Origin: Thecamonas trahens ATCC 50062
Taxonomy: Eukaryota; Protista; Apusomonadida
DNA length: 64,000 nucleotides
Direction of reading: 5' to 3'
NCBI RefSeq assembly: GCF_000142905.1
Contig: NW_013657656.1
Span: 344,991-408,990 of the forward strand
Shown: positions 1-11,174 of the stretch, in pieces
How the letters are laid out: every line of letters begins with the position of its first letter
Numbering within the stretch: position 1 is the stretch's first letter
Notes under the pieces: model-generated
What the model saw: only the letters and a program-made list of their open reading frames with translations
Database searches by the model: none
What the model was told of the DNA's origin: nothing
Made by a program: the position numbers and the translations under genes

Positions 1-900
1 AACGAAGAGGTCTTTGCCATGTGCGTCGACTTTTGCATCCAGGCCGAGGCTGCAGGAGGAGGCGATGATGGGCACACGACCGGACGCAAGCTCGACGTTG
101 ACGCGCTGGTGGCGGCATCGCCTAAGGAACGGGCTGAGCGCCTTGCAGCGGCATCGCCAGGCGCGCTAGCCGCAGTGGTGGCGGCTGCTATCGACGCGCT
201 GGATCGCAATCGCATCAATGCTGCGCGCAAGATCCTGGCCGCAGAGGAGGACGCACGAGTGGCGAGCGAGCGGGGAGCCAGGGCAGCAGCGAAAGCCAGG
301 GACGCCGCAGCCTTGGCGGCAAGCGAGCTGAAAGATGTGGAGAAGGAGTTGGCATGCGTGCGGAGGGAGCTGGTGGTAGCTCGTGAGCTCGTGGCGGAGC
401 TTCAGGCGGCGGCGGTCGATGAGACGGGCGAGCGTGCGGCGCTGGAGGCCCGGGCCCGGGCGGCCGAGTCGGCGGCAGCGACGGCGCGGCTGGCGGCGAG
501 GGAGGCAGTAGAGGAGGCCGAAGCAAGCAACCGCCAGGTGCGGAAGCTAGTGCGTGACATGCGGGAGATGGCGGCGCAGGGTGTGGCGGCGCAGGCCCGC
601 ATCGATGCGCTGGAGGAGCAGGTCGGCATCCTCGCTGCCGCCGCCCCGCCCTGGTTCCAGCTCCCGGCGTCGCCGTCGGCGCAGCGGGACGGCGCATCAT
701 CGTCACGGGTGGTGCGTCTCGAGTCGCCAAAGGCGGCTGGCACTGGCGGCGGCCCAACGCTTACGGACCACCTCAATCACAAGCTCCTGGCGTCGATGCT
801 CGAGTCGGACGCGGCGGCGCGTTGGGGTCGAGACGACGATGGCGATGGCGACGGCGACGGCGACGGCGACGACAGTGACTCATCAGACTGGGACCCATGA
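1..900 (+). CDS. Coiled-coil hypothetical protein, probably 5'-partial
   Basis: Frame is open from base 1 through the ATG at 19 to TGA at 898-900; long A/E/R-rich heptad region; acidic DG tail. Confidence 0.7.
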   Translation, partial: NEEVFAMCVDFCIQAEAAGGGDDGHTTGRKLDVDALVAASPKERAERLAAASPGALAAVVAAAIDALDRNRINAARKILAAEEDARVASERGARAAAKARDAAALAASELKDVEKELACVRRELVVARELVAELQAAAVDETGERAALEARARAAESAAATARLAAREAVEEAEASNRQVRKLVRDMREMAAQGVAAQARIDALEEQVGILAAAAPPWFQLPASPSAQRDGASSSRVVRLESPKAAGTGGGPTLTDHLNHKLLASMLESDAAARWGRDDDGDGDGDGDGDDSDSSDWDP

Positions 901-923
901 GGTGGCAGAGGGTTTACGTCCTG

Positions 924-2820
924 TCATGCGCGCGGGTAGGCATCGGATCGTTTCGCGCCCTTGAGGAACGACTGGAGGGCGTCGAGCCGAGCGTTGATGT
1001 CGTAGATCTCGTCGCCTCGCGGCGGCGAGGAGCGCGGCGGCGAGGAGCGCGGCGGCGAGCGGCGGGCGTGGCGCGGCGGCGAGAGCGGCTCGTCGGTGAA
1101 GAACGAGTGCGCGGCGCCAGGTCCTGCACGCGGCGGCGCGACAAACAGGCCGTCTGCGCCCGGCGGGTTGCGCGGCGGAAGGGTGGCCTCGAGCTGCGAG
1201 GTGAGTGAGCGCTGCTTCGGCAGGCCGGATGGGGTAGCGCGGCTGCGCTTGTTGCGGCTGCTCGACCGCTTAGATCTGCTTGTCGGCGAGGCCTTGTTTG
1301 CCCTCCGAGACTTGGCCTTGGCCTTGGACGCCGACGTCGACGCCGAGTACAAGCGGTCGGCGACGTGTGCGGCGCGCGAGGCCGAGCGCGAGCGGCGGCG
1401 CGAAGTGCGGCGGCGCGAGTCGCCGATGGACGCGTCCGAGTCGAGCGAGCCGCGGCGGGACGAGGCCCGGGATGAGGCTCGCGACGACGAGCGTGACGAA
1501 GCCCGCCGCCGAGGTGGCGGGCCCCACTTGGAGCTGGTCTTGCTCGACGACGCCATCTTGCGTTTCTGCTCTCGGACATACGCTGTGGGGTCAAAGCGCG
1601 GAAAGGCGGCGCCGGCCGGCGAGCCCCCACGCGAGCGCGAGGTCTTGCGGCGGACACGGGCCTTGACCCGCGAGCGTGAGCGCGACGCCGACGCCGAGTC
1701 GGCGCCCGACGCGGCACCGGGCGACGGGTCGCGGCGCGAGCGCGAGGTTGAGCTGGCACGCCGCGGCCGGCCGGCTCCGGAGCGGCGCGGCGAGTCGCGG
1801 GCAGGCCGCGGCGCGGGCCGCGGCGCCCGCGGGCGCGCCGCCAGCTGCGCCTCCAGGTCAGCGATGATGCCCCGGAGCTCGTCGTTGCGGCGCGCAGACT
1901 CTTCGGCAATGCGACGCGACTGCTCGGCAGCCTCGGCGGCAAGGTCGCGCGCCATCCGAGCCTCCTCGCGCGCCTGGGCCAGCTCAGCCTGGAGCCGGGC
2001 AACGAGGGCAGTCTCGTCCGAGTGGGCAAACGAGACCGAAGCCGCGCCGGGCCCGGCCGCGCGCAGCTCAGCGATCTCACTCCGCAGCCGCTTGATGGTC
2101 CGCTGCAGCGTCGGCGCGTCAACATACTCTAGGTATGTGAGCGGGAGCGGAAAGTGGACCCGATCAAACTCGACGGCGTAGGTGAGAATGAGATACCGCT
2201 TTGAGGCGCGGGCATTGGGACCACCGGCGACCGAGCCGTTGAGCGCCGAAGCGCCATGACGATCAGCATGATTCCGCTTTTGCTTCAAGGCTTCCAAATC
2301 AGCATAGGTCAGCAAATCGATGTAAACAGAGTCAGACGAGCCGTCGAGAGCCGAGACGAGCATACGAAGAAAGACATGAAACGGTTTGTAGTTGCCCGTC
2401 TTGTGGGTGATCTCCTCCACGTACGAAGCCGGAAAGGTACCCCTCCACCTTGCACCCGAAGCAGCCTCTTCAACATCCACATGCAGCGCATTGTTATCCT
2501 CCACACTACATACAGTCACCACCAACACTTGTGAGTTGTTCCCTGAATCATATGCCCTCTCTAGCCCATACCATCCTCCCCTACATACCCACCCGCGTCG
2601 GCCCAAATCGCGCGCCAAAGCCAAAGAGCCACAGCCACAGCCACAGCCACAGCCACAGCCACAGACACAGGCTTCCCTCCCCACCCCCCCCCCCCCCCCC
2701 GCTGTCCAGGCAGACCAGGTTGGTTGGAATGGCATGTACGTACCCCACAGAAATGACATAGGGAACACCAGCAAATGTCAGCTCTGCCACAGACATGGGC
2801 TCCGGCACCGTGGTGGCCAT
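924..2820 (-). CDS. CCDC61: CCDC61/VFL3 centriolar protein (SAS6-like head, coiled coil, basic S/R tail); 2 exons, 2820-2744 and 2505-924
   Basis: WRGTFPASYVEEITHKTGNYK, LDLLTY-like YIDLLTYADLE and SKRYLILTYAVEFDRVHFPLPL match CCDC61; intron GTACGT(2743)...TGTAG(2506) joins MATTVPEPMSVAELTFAGVPYVISVG in frame. Confidence 0.92.
2626..2662. repeat. (AGCCAC)n microsatellite in the CCDC61 intron
   Basis: About six direct hexamer copies. Confidence 0.9.
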
Positions 2821-3080
2821 GGCTGGTGTCGGAGACAGTTGGGTGGCGGGAGAGTTGGTCGACTCGCGCCAACACCTCGACTCGGCGCCGCCAGGTAGCA
2901 GTCATCCCACAGCCATGTCGCTGACGATTGGTTCGGTGCCACATTGACTGGCTCCCCAAGGCAAAGACATGGATGATGGATGACGCTTGATCTGATTGGG
3001 TTGGCCCTGGTGATGGTAAAGGGGGCTAGTTTGGTTGAAATCGGTATGGGAATGCCTGTGCTGTTGCCATCCACCATGAC

Positions 3081-3333
3081 GAGGTCCTCAACATCACCCG
3101 ACAACACGCCACAGCCAATGACCACAGCCATGCACAACACCATGGCATATAAGGGCCATCAAGCCATGCCTAGCCTAGCCATGCCTAGCCATGAGGATCT
3201 CTCACCACGATGATGGCAGAGGCACTGGACGAGGCGAACGAGATCCTCAACATCACCCGACACACGCCACAGCCAATGATCACAGCCATGCACAACACCA
3301 TGGCAGATAAGGGCCATCAAGCCATGCCTAGCC
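3081..3333. repeat. Imperfect direct duplication of about 95 bp (3081-3175 and 3240-3333)
   Basis: CTCAACATCACCCGACA..CACGCCACAGCCAATGA.CACAGCCATGCACAACACCATGGCA.ATAAGGGCCATCAAGCCATGCCTAGCC occurs twice. Confidence 0.9.
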
Positions 3334-3917
3334 AAGACGGCCGTGAACATCTCCCACAACGATGATCAAACAGTGAAGAAGATTAAAGGTATGAGACCGC
3401 CTTGCCCATGTCAGCTGGTGTCCCCCCCCCCCCCCCCCGCAAGAGGAGGAGTGCGTTCAAGAGGCCACCACTTGACAACGGGCAGAATCCATGGGCGACG
3501 AGGACTCGTACGAATTGTCGTACGACTTTGTACGGTGACTTATTCCCGAGCTAGCACAGCCATGAACAAGGGTGGGAGGTGAAAGGGAGGAGGAGGGGGG
3601 GGGGGGGGGGGGAGGGGTATAGAAGAAGGTGGAGTACAAGGTGTGTCACCTTTATGGTGGGTTTGCTGTCTGTCTCTCTCTCTCTCTCTTTCTCTTTGTT
3701 GCTCTTGGCTTGGTTGTTGCCGTCCGCGGGTCGCTGACGGGCGGAACAAGCCATCCCCCCCAAGAGGTGGTGGGAGGAGGAAGGGAATGGGGAGGGGTTG
3801 AGGGGGGTTGAGGGGGCACCTTCCCTGGTCAGCTACCAAGAACGAGGGGGGTTGGAGGTGAAGGTATGGAGGGGGGGGATGAAAGACTCATGTGTTCATG
3901 GGTGTTGGTGTGCGTAG

Positions 3918-6481
3918 GAGTCGTACGCGGAGGAGGACGACATCGATGACCCGCTCATTCTGGCGGCATCGTGTGGAGACATGGCGTCGGTGCAGGAGCT
4001 GCTGGACCGGGGACACCCTGTAGACGTCGAGCAGACGACGTACGCACTGACGCCGCTGCTGGCGGCGTGCCAGCATGGTCACACAAACTGTGCTCGACTG
4101 CTGCTTGCTGCTGGGGCCACGATGACCGAGGCCAACACTGTCGGCGGCAAGACGTCGGCGCTGTACTTTGCTGTCGACTCGCGCCGAGTCACGCTCGTCC
4201 AGCTCCTGCTTAAGCGTGGAGTGGATCTCAACTCGCGGAACGGCCCGCGGAAGATCACCCCACTGTTCCTGGCAGTGATGAAGGAGGCGCGCGACATGGT
4301 CAATGTCCTGCTTGCTGCTGGCGCCAATCCCAACGTGGCGACGTCGGACAAGCTCGCCCTCCCCCTCAATCAGGCGGCCAAGTCCGGGTCGCTCGATATT
4401 GTGGCGCAGCTGCTACAGGCCGGCGCATCGCTCGACGTGGAGACCTCGACCGGCCACTCGCCGCTGTTCCTCGCGGTCGACGCAGGTCACACAGACGTGG
4501 TGGCTCTCATCCTAGAGGAGGGGGCCAACCCGCAGGCGCGTGTCAACCAAAAGAACGGGCCGGCCATGCTCACCGCGCTGCACGCAGCATCGGGCAACGG
4601 CGACTTGGAGATTGTGCAAATGTTGCTGGCAGCCGGCGCCGAAGCCGACCCCGTCTCTGCGCGGGCCCATTTTACGCCGCTGCACAATGCAGCACGGCGT
4701 GGGCACGCCGACGTCGTCATCGAGCTTTTGGACGCCGGCGCCAACGTCGGCGCGCTGACCAAGGGCGAGACAACGGTTCTGTTCTCGGCCGTCAAGTTTG
4801 CGCAGCGCAAGGTGGCCAAGATCCTCATCGACGCCAACGCACACATCAACGCCCGCAACGGCGAGCGGCGGGTGACTGCCCTGTACATTGCCGCCTGCCA
4901 GGGTTATGTCGACCTCTGCGCCGATCTCATTACCGCCGGCGCTCTTGTCAACGCAGTGTGCTCAGACACGTACTCGACGCCGTTCAACGCCGCGGTCCGC
5001 AACGGGCACACTGAGGTCGCCAAGCTTCTGCTCCAGCACGACGTCGACATCAGCATTCCCAACATCAACGGATACTCGTCGCTCTACATCGCGGCCGAGT
5101 TTGACCGCTGCGACATTCTCAAGGAGCTCCTGGCACGTGGCATGTCGCCCAACCAGGCGTGCGGACGTGGTAAGTTCTCACCCATTTACATTGCCTGCAA
5201 GCGCGGGCACCTCTACTGCGCCGAGCTTCTCATCCGTGCCGGCGCCGACATCAATGTCGCATCCAAGCACAAGCACCTGACCTCGCTCACCGGTGCGTGC
5301 CGCGGCGGCCGCCACGACATTGTGCAACTCCTCTTTGAGCACGGCGTCGACCATGCCATCCGGACCGAGAAGGGCTTTACCTCGCTCTTTGTCGCCGCCG
5401 AGTTTGGCCACAAGCACGTTGTCAAGTTTCTCATCGAGAACGGCGCGCCCGTCGACGACGCCAACGGGCCGGACAACCTCACGGCTCTTTACATTGCGGC
5501 CGAGAAGGGTCACTTTCTTGTGGCGCGCGTCCTTCTCGAGGCCGGCGCCGACCCCAACCTGGCCACCTCGCACGAGACGCCGACGCCGCTCCTCGCTGCG
5601 CTCCACTTTCAGCGGACCAACCTGGTCACCGAGCTCCTCAAGTGGGGCGCGTCGCCCAAGACCCGCACTGCGACGGGCCTTTCGGTTCTCTACGTTGCCG
5701 TTGCCACCAACCAAGCCGAGATCGTCGCCGCTCTTCTCGCCGCCGCCCCGCTCGACGACCTTGGCATCAACGAGGTATCTGGCGCGACGCCGCCTGCTTC
5801 GGGCGAGGCGGCTGCCAACCCGCTGCCCGAGACGCCGCTGCTGCGCGCCGTCACCGACGGCAACGACGCCATCGTTGACCTACTGCTGGACAACGGGGCA
5901 GACGCTAACGTGGCGGCCGCCGGCGTGGCGCCGCTGGCCAAGGCCGCAGCCGCCGGCTTTGTCTACATCGCCACCCAGCTCGTCGCCAAAGGCGCCGACG
6001 TCACAGTCACCAGCCCGGGCGGCCGCACCCCCTCCATCACGCCGTCCGCCACGGCTCCGTCGAGCTCATTGAGCTGCTCCTCACCAACGGCGCAGACGTC
6101 AACGCCAAGAACGACCGCGGTGCCACCCCGCTCTTCCTTGCCTGTCTCGAGGCCGACGCAGCAGCCGTCCAGGTCCTCCTCGCCGCAGACGCCGACCCCA
6201 ACATTGGCACTGCCCGCGACTACTACCCGCTCTTCTGCGCGGCAGAGTACGAGGCTGTCCCCATCGTCGGCCAGCTCATTGCAGCGGGCGCAAACGTTAA
6301 CCAGCCGAACGGCAAGCACGCCATCACCGCCCTCTTTGTCGCCTCGCAGATTGGCTCTTTGGCCATCGTCGACGCCCTCACCGCTGCCGGCGCAGAGCCC
6401 TTTGAGCATGGTACCGTTACCGTCACCGAGGATGAGGCTTTTGCCTCGGGTGACGACTCGGGCATTGGTGACCTCGAGTAA
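3918..6481 (+). CDS. Long ankyrin-repeat protein (about 20 repeats); apparent frameshift at about 6030; upstream exon unresolved
   Basis: Repeated TPL/SAL..AA..G..V..LL..GA motifs; adding one C to the run at 6028-6032 continues the repeats (GRTPLHHAVRHG...GATPLFLAC...) to TAA at 6479-6481; TAG acceptor at 3915-3917 is in frame. Confidence 0.88.
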
Positions 6482-6761
6482 ACCCCCCCCCCCCCCGCCA
6501 CGCACACACACACCCTCCTCGCATCTCGGCCGTCGCCATGTGCCCCCGACTTGATGCCCATCGCCATCGCCCATCGCCAGTCATCGCCGCCTCCGCCCCA
6601 TTGCGACTTGTCGCCACCGTCGCTTGCCCACCGCCCCCCCCCTAACACACACACACACACACACAAACACCTCACCCCTCACCCTCCATACTCCCACGGG
6701 CTGCAGCACTGCAGACGCTTGCTCCGTACCCCCCCCCCCCCTCCCCCCCCTTCCCTCCCAC

Positions 6762-7454
6762 ATGAAAGACATCCTGTTGACGGCCCGGACCAAGGGCAAG
6801 CGCGGGGCAAAGGTCAATGTGGTGGAAGCTGTGGCCAAGGCCGGCGGACGTGCTGCATACGCTCCTCTTGCTCGCCCTCAAGTCCCGCGGGCCATGATGT
6901 ACTCTTCCACCACGACAGAGGGTGCAGAGGTAGCGGCCCCTCGTGCGGCTGGCATCCGACCAGCCGATGCGGTGGCCGAGGTGACGGCAGCCAAGTTGGC
7001 GGACGCAGACAAGGCGCTCGCGGCTATCAACACCGACGCGCGTATCCTCAACACCACCCAGCACGTCATTGGCTCGACCGCCGGCGCATCGTCGGCCGGA
7101 TTTGATGTCTACCGCAAGACGCGCAACCTCGAGCGCAATCGCCTCGAGCGCCTGGAGCACCTCGATCGGGAGCTCGAGGCCCAGGCAGAGTACGCCCGCA
7201 AGGTCGCCGAGACCCAGGCCCGTCTCGATGCAGAGGCTGCCAAGAAGAAGCGCAAGCGCGAGGCCAAGAAGCAGCGCCAGCGCGAGCGCAAGCGCCAGAA
7301 GAAGCTCGAGAACATGCGATTCGAGCCGACCGCGCCGTTAGCCCAACCTCCTCCTCCCGCCACGTCAGGCCCTGCTCCTGCTCCTCCTCCTCCTCCTCCT
7401 CCCACCTCGTCGAGCCCTGCTCCTCCTCCTCCTCCTCGCCCAACCACACCATAA
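6762..7454 (+). CDS. PRKRIP1: PRKR-interacting protein 1-like (DUF1168; spliceosome-associated)
   Basis: GSTAGASSAGFDVYRKTRNLERNRLE resembles the GSSAGAGSGEFHVYR motif; followed by a KKKRKREAKKQR basic tail. Confidence 0.8.
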   Translation: MKDILLTARTKGKRGAKVNVVEAVAKAGGRAAYAPLARPQVPRAMMYSSTTTEGAEVAAPRAAGIRPADAVAEVTAAKLADADKALAAINTDARILNTTQHVIGSTAGASSAGFDVYRKTRNLERNRLERLEHLDRELEAQAEYARKVAETQARLDAEAAKKKRKREAKKQRQRERKRQKKLENMRFEPTAPLAQPPPPATSGPAPAPPPPPPPTSSSPAPPPPPRPTTP

Positions 7455-7922
7455 ACTGTCCAAGACAAAGCCGACACTCCAGGCAAAGCATTTGATCATC
7501 TCCTCGCTGTTGACCACCAACCACGTCGATGCACATCCGTAGCCAGGCAAGTCACGACAAAGCGACAAAGCGATCAACTGGTGACAAGGACGTCGCCAGC
7601 TCGTCAGTTTGCGCTTCCGAGCCGCAAAGCCGGAGTGGCGCCGACAGAGTGGCGCTGACCGAGTGGCACCAACTGTCACTTCACTCACCACCCACCACCA
7701 ACCACCAACCACGCACACAGAGCACACATACACATGCGGCAAACACCACAACGCATATATCCCATCCACAGCCACAGGACCAGCCCCTCATCTCCTTTTC
7801 TAGCCCGTGGACTCACTCGGTCGCCTGCCCCGTACCCGGCAACTCTGCCTCGTCCGCCACGGCCAGCTTCATCAGCTGCTGCTGCGGTTGCTGGTCGCGC
7901 TGGTTCCACATCATCGTCACCG

Positions 7923-10856
7923 ATGTATGATGGTGTCATGCATAGGCAGGGTGTGGTGGCAAGACCGGCGACTACGCTTTCGTTTTACTCTTCGTCAGCA
8001 CGCAAGCACAGACTTGATCCGCTGCCAAGAACAGGGCGCCATGCGCATCGCCGCCCGCCATCAACTGCACCATCGCCGCCTCGACATGTCTCGTCGACTG
8101 CTGCCGCTGCCGCCGCTGCTCGTCCGCCTTCGGCTGGCTCGCCGCGGCGGACATCTCGTCCGAGTCAGTATGCTGCGGGTGTTGGGCGGGCCCGGCGGCC
8201 CGGGGCTCAGAGACTGGCGCCGATGGCCTCGTTCGGATCGGACGTGGCAAGCGGCATGGATCACGGAAGTTGGATGGCGAGGAGCAGGCCAGGGGACAGC
8301 GACGACGACGACTCGTTCTCGGTCGCAACTGTTGTTTGCCCCTCGCCTGACCCAAGCTCGTCCTCGTCAGAGTCGATGAGCGGCTCGTTTGGATCGGCGG
8401 CCTCGGATCGCATCGCCTCGGGGTCTGAGGCCGAGCTCCCGGCGTGGTCAGCGTCGCAAGTCTCGGCCTCGGGAAGCGACGAGTCCGAGTATGGCTCGTT
8501 CTGCTCGGCCAACACCACTTGTGCGTTGCACGGGGTTCACGGCCTGCACGGGCCGCGTGCACCTGACGAGCCGGCGTCGTGGTCGACCGAGCAAGCCTCC
8601 AACTCGGCATCCACAGGTCCGGTCGGTGACGAAGCAAACCCGCTGTTTGCCGCTGACTGGCAGCAGCCGGGCTTTGTGCCGCGCTCGGCGCTTGTTGCCT
8701 CGCCCATGCCGCCCGTTTCTTCGCACCCTGCCCTCGAGGGCTCGTTCAACGTCTACCGGCCTGTCATCAACATCGACCTTCAGCTTGCCGAGGACCATAC
8801 TTCAGGCCGAGCAAACGGGCCGGGTGGAGCAGGCGGCGCAGATGCATATCTCGATGATGATGACTTTTCGTCCGACTCGTCCAACAGTGAGCACGGGCAG
8901 CAGCTCCGCGCCGCGTCATCCGCCAAAGCTGCTGACGACAATAGTGACAGCTCAGATGATGACGAGGCGCTCAACCTGATCTCGATCTCGCACGCCCAGT
9001 TTGCACATGCCTCGGACCTGGTTGTCAACTCGCTTCGCGGCCCGCCGGATCTCCGCAGGTCGCTTCGCTCGCTGACCAAGATGCCGGAGCCACACCTTCG
9101 CGAGCCAATCACTTACCTCTCAGGTCTTGGCGAGCTGCAGCTGGAGGCGTCGCGGCTGCCGGCTCAGGCGCTCGCCGAGGAGCTCCTGGCCAAGCACATG
9201 ACCGCGTTCCTTCCACCAGACCGCAAGTATGTAGCCCTACTTGCCACCCGGCACCTGATGAGTGCTGCCCTAGGCGACGCCGACTTTGTGCGGGAGTCGC
9301 TCTGCTCCGAGCCGTTCATTGCCTTTGTCCGGCGGACCGGGCCATCCAAGAAGCCGCTACTTGACGTCATCGAGGACATGGTTCACGAGTGCAAGGAGCT
9401 GCGAGTCCGCTCGGTCCTCCGCGACATCAAGACGAACAGCCCGCCAATGCACAAGGCCATCGGCATGCTGTGGGCGGTCAACACACCTGGCGTCCACTGG
9501 CGGACGGCATGGGATCTCTCGCAGCGGCTGGCCCGGCTGCTGGACCTCGACTCGCCGCACCATCTGGCCCGGCCCGATGTTCAGGCTGCGGTCATGGCGT
9601 ACGTCGAGTCGGGAGACCGCGAGGCCATGGCTGCTGCCGCCGCTGCTGCCACCGCCGCCGCCGAGGCCGAGGCCGCCCGCCAAACGCTCGCTGCCAACAT
9701 GCTTGCCGACTCGCAGCGGCGTGCGCTCGACGCTCTATCTATCAATCTCGGTCGCCTGGCAAGCCACGGGAGTGGCGTGTGGATGGCACTCCGTGATGCG
9801 CTTGTCAGTTGCCTCCGCCTCTTTCCAGAGCTTCGGCTCAAGGCGCTCGACAAGTTGATCAAAACTGCAGTGAGCGAGTACTCTGTTGTTGACGTCGATC
9901 TGCTTTCTCTCGTTCAGCACCCCTTTGCCGACGACGCGCTGGGCGCGCTGGGCAAGCGGCTTGCGCCGACACTGCCCAGATATGCAGCGCAGGCTGCGCT
10001 CACGCTGGTCGTCGTCCGCCGCGCCGAGGTCTTTGACAAGCTTCGCGCCATCGTCGCCGAGCCGTTTGCCTCAACCACCATGCAGAGCCTCGCGCTCGAC
10101 TGGACCTTCTGGCTCGTCGAGTACCCCGGCACAAAGCGTGTGCTGCGTGCCGAGACCCAGCTCGAGGAGCTGCTTGGCATGGAGTTTGTGGGCACCGACA
10201 ACAACGGTTCTGGTCAAGGCGGAGCCAAAGTCCACACGCCATCGACAGCATCCGAGACCTCGTGGGACGGCGACGAGGTCTTGACTGCCCGCTTCGAGCT
10301 TGCGGCATCGTCCATCACCAACTGGGTTCTGGAGCAGGCGCTCCACCACGCGCAAGCAGTTGCGCTCGGCACGTGGGTTGGTATCACCCGCACCAAATGC
10401 CGGATATGTCGTCTCCAGGTCTGTTACGTCTCGAAAGTAGAGGTCCCGCGCGGGAGCGCAGATCGGAGCCGGCGGCTTCGATGCGCGAGCTTCGAGTGCA
10501 GCGCCGGCGGCGGCGCTCCAGGTCTGCCGCCCGTCTGCGAGCATCCGGCCAAGCAGCGGGTAGTCACCCGCCAGCGGCTTCCTGCCACCCGAGTCTACCA
10601 GCCGCCGACGTGGCTGTACACGCTCGGATGTGCAGGGTGCGGGACCCGCCTTCGCAAAGCGACGTACATCGCCGGCTCGGGCACTAATGGAGATGTTGTG
10701 GTTGTCGACTCACTCATTGACAACGGCCGGACCGCCCAAGATCGTATCCAAGGCGGCTCCTCTGTCCTCCTTCTATCCAAGTCCGATCTCAAAGAGTGGC
10801 TCGGCGGCTGCACCCGCTTTGTCTCTGCCGTCCCCGCCCCCGAGCCGCTGCCGTAG
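7923..10856 (+). CDS. Large hypothetical protein: disordered N-terminus, helical core, Cys-rich C-terminus
   Basis: Open ORF of about 1000 codons with coding-like codon use; CRIC, CEHP and CAGC motifs near the C-terminus; start uncertain. Confidence 0.7.
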   Translation: MYDGVMHRQGVVARPATTLSFYSSSARKHRLDPLPRTGRHAHRRPPSTAPSPPRHVSSTAAAAAAARPPSAGSPRRTSRPSQYAAGVGRARRPGAQRLAPMASFGSDVASGMDHGSWMARSRPGDSDDDDSFSVATVVCPSPDPSSSSSESMSGSFGSAASDRIASGSEAELPAWSASQVSASGSDESEYGSFCSANTTCALHGVHGLHGPRAPDEPASWSTEQASNSASTGPVGDEANPLFAADWQQPGFVPRSALVASPMPPVSSHPALEGSFNVYRPVINIDLQLAEDHTSGRANGPGGAGGADAYLDDDDFSSDSSNSEHGQQLRAASSAKAADDNSDSSDDDEALNLISISHAQFAHASDLVVNSLRGPPDLRRSLRSLTKMPEPHLREPITYLSGLGELQLEASRLPAQALAEELLAKHMTAFLPPDRKYVALLATRHLMSAALGDADFVRESLCSEPFIAFVRRTGPSKKPLLDVIEDMVHECKELRVRSVLRDIKTNSPPMHKAIGMLWAVNTPGVHWRTAWDLSQRLARLLDLDSPHHLARPDVQAAVMAYVESGDREAMAAAAAAATAAAEAEAARQTLAANMLADSQRRALDALSINLGRLASHGSGVWMALRDALVSCLRLFPELRLKALDKLIKTAVSEYSVVDVDLLSLVQHPFADDALGALGKRLAPTLPRYAAQAALTLVVVRRAEVFDKLRAIVAEPFASTTMQSLALDWTFWLVEYPGTKRVLRAETQLEELLGMEFVGTDNNGSGQGGAKVHTPSTASETSWDGDEVLTARFELAASSITNWVLEQALHHAQAVALGTWVGITRTKCRICRLQVCYVSKVEVPRGSADRSRRLRCASFECSAGGGAPGLPPVCEHPAKQRVVTRQRLPATRVYQPPTWLYTLGCAGCGTRLRKATYIAGSGTNGDVVVVDSLIDNGRTAQDRIQGGSSVLLLSKSDLKEWLGGCTRFVSAVPAPEPLP

Positions 10857-11174
10857 CCAGTCGTCTTCGACCGTAGCACCCGATCTCAGCACTGCAAGCC
10901 CGCTGTGGGCACCAGAACAACCATCACTCTTATTTTAGCTCACAAGACGGGCGGGCCACGATGTGTCTGTGAGCATCGCCCCCCTACACGCACCTCACAC
11001 GAGCTCCAGGCCTCGTCATTCCCCCAATCAGGCGGAAGAGGCAAGTCGCCCCCGCGACCACGACCTGCCCGCCCCCGCCCCCATCACACTCATACACACC
11101 TCTCACCATCCATACCACACACGCATACACCCGCACGTACACACACACGCTAGTTACACATCCCCCTCGTAGGC

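Noticed and set aside
2506-2774. CGCGCG Cys-rich N-terminus of CCDC61
   Set aside because: Translation of an intronic microsatellite
6033-6554. Ser/Pro/Thr-rich tail of the 857-aa ankyrin ORF
   Set aside because: Out-of-frame product after the C-run; the other frame continues clean ankyrin repeats
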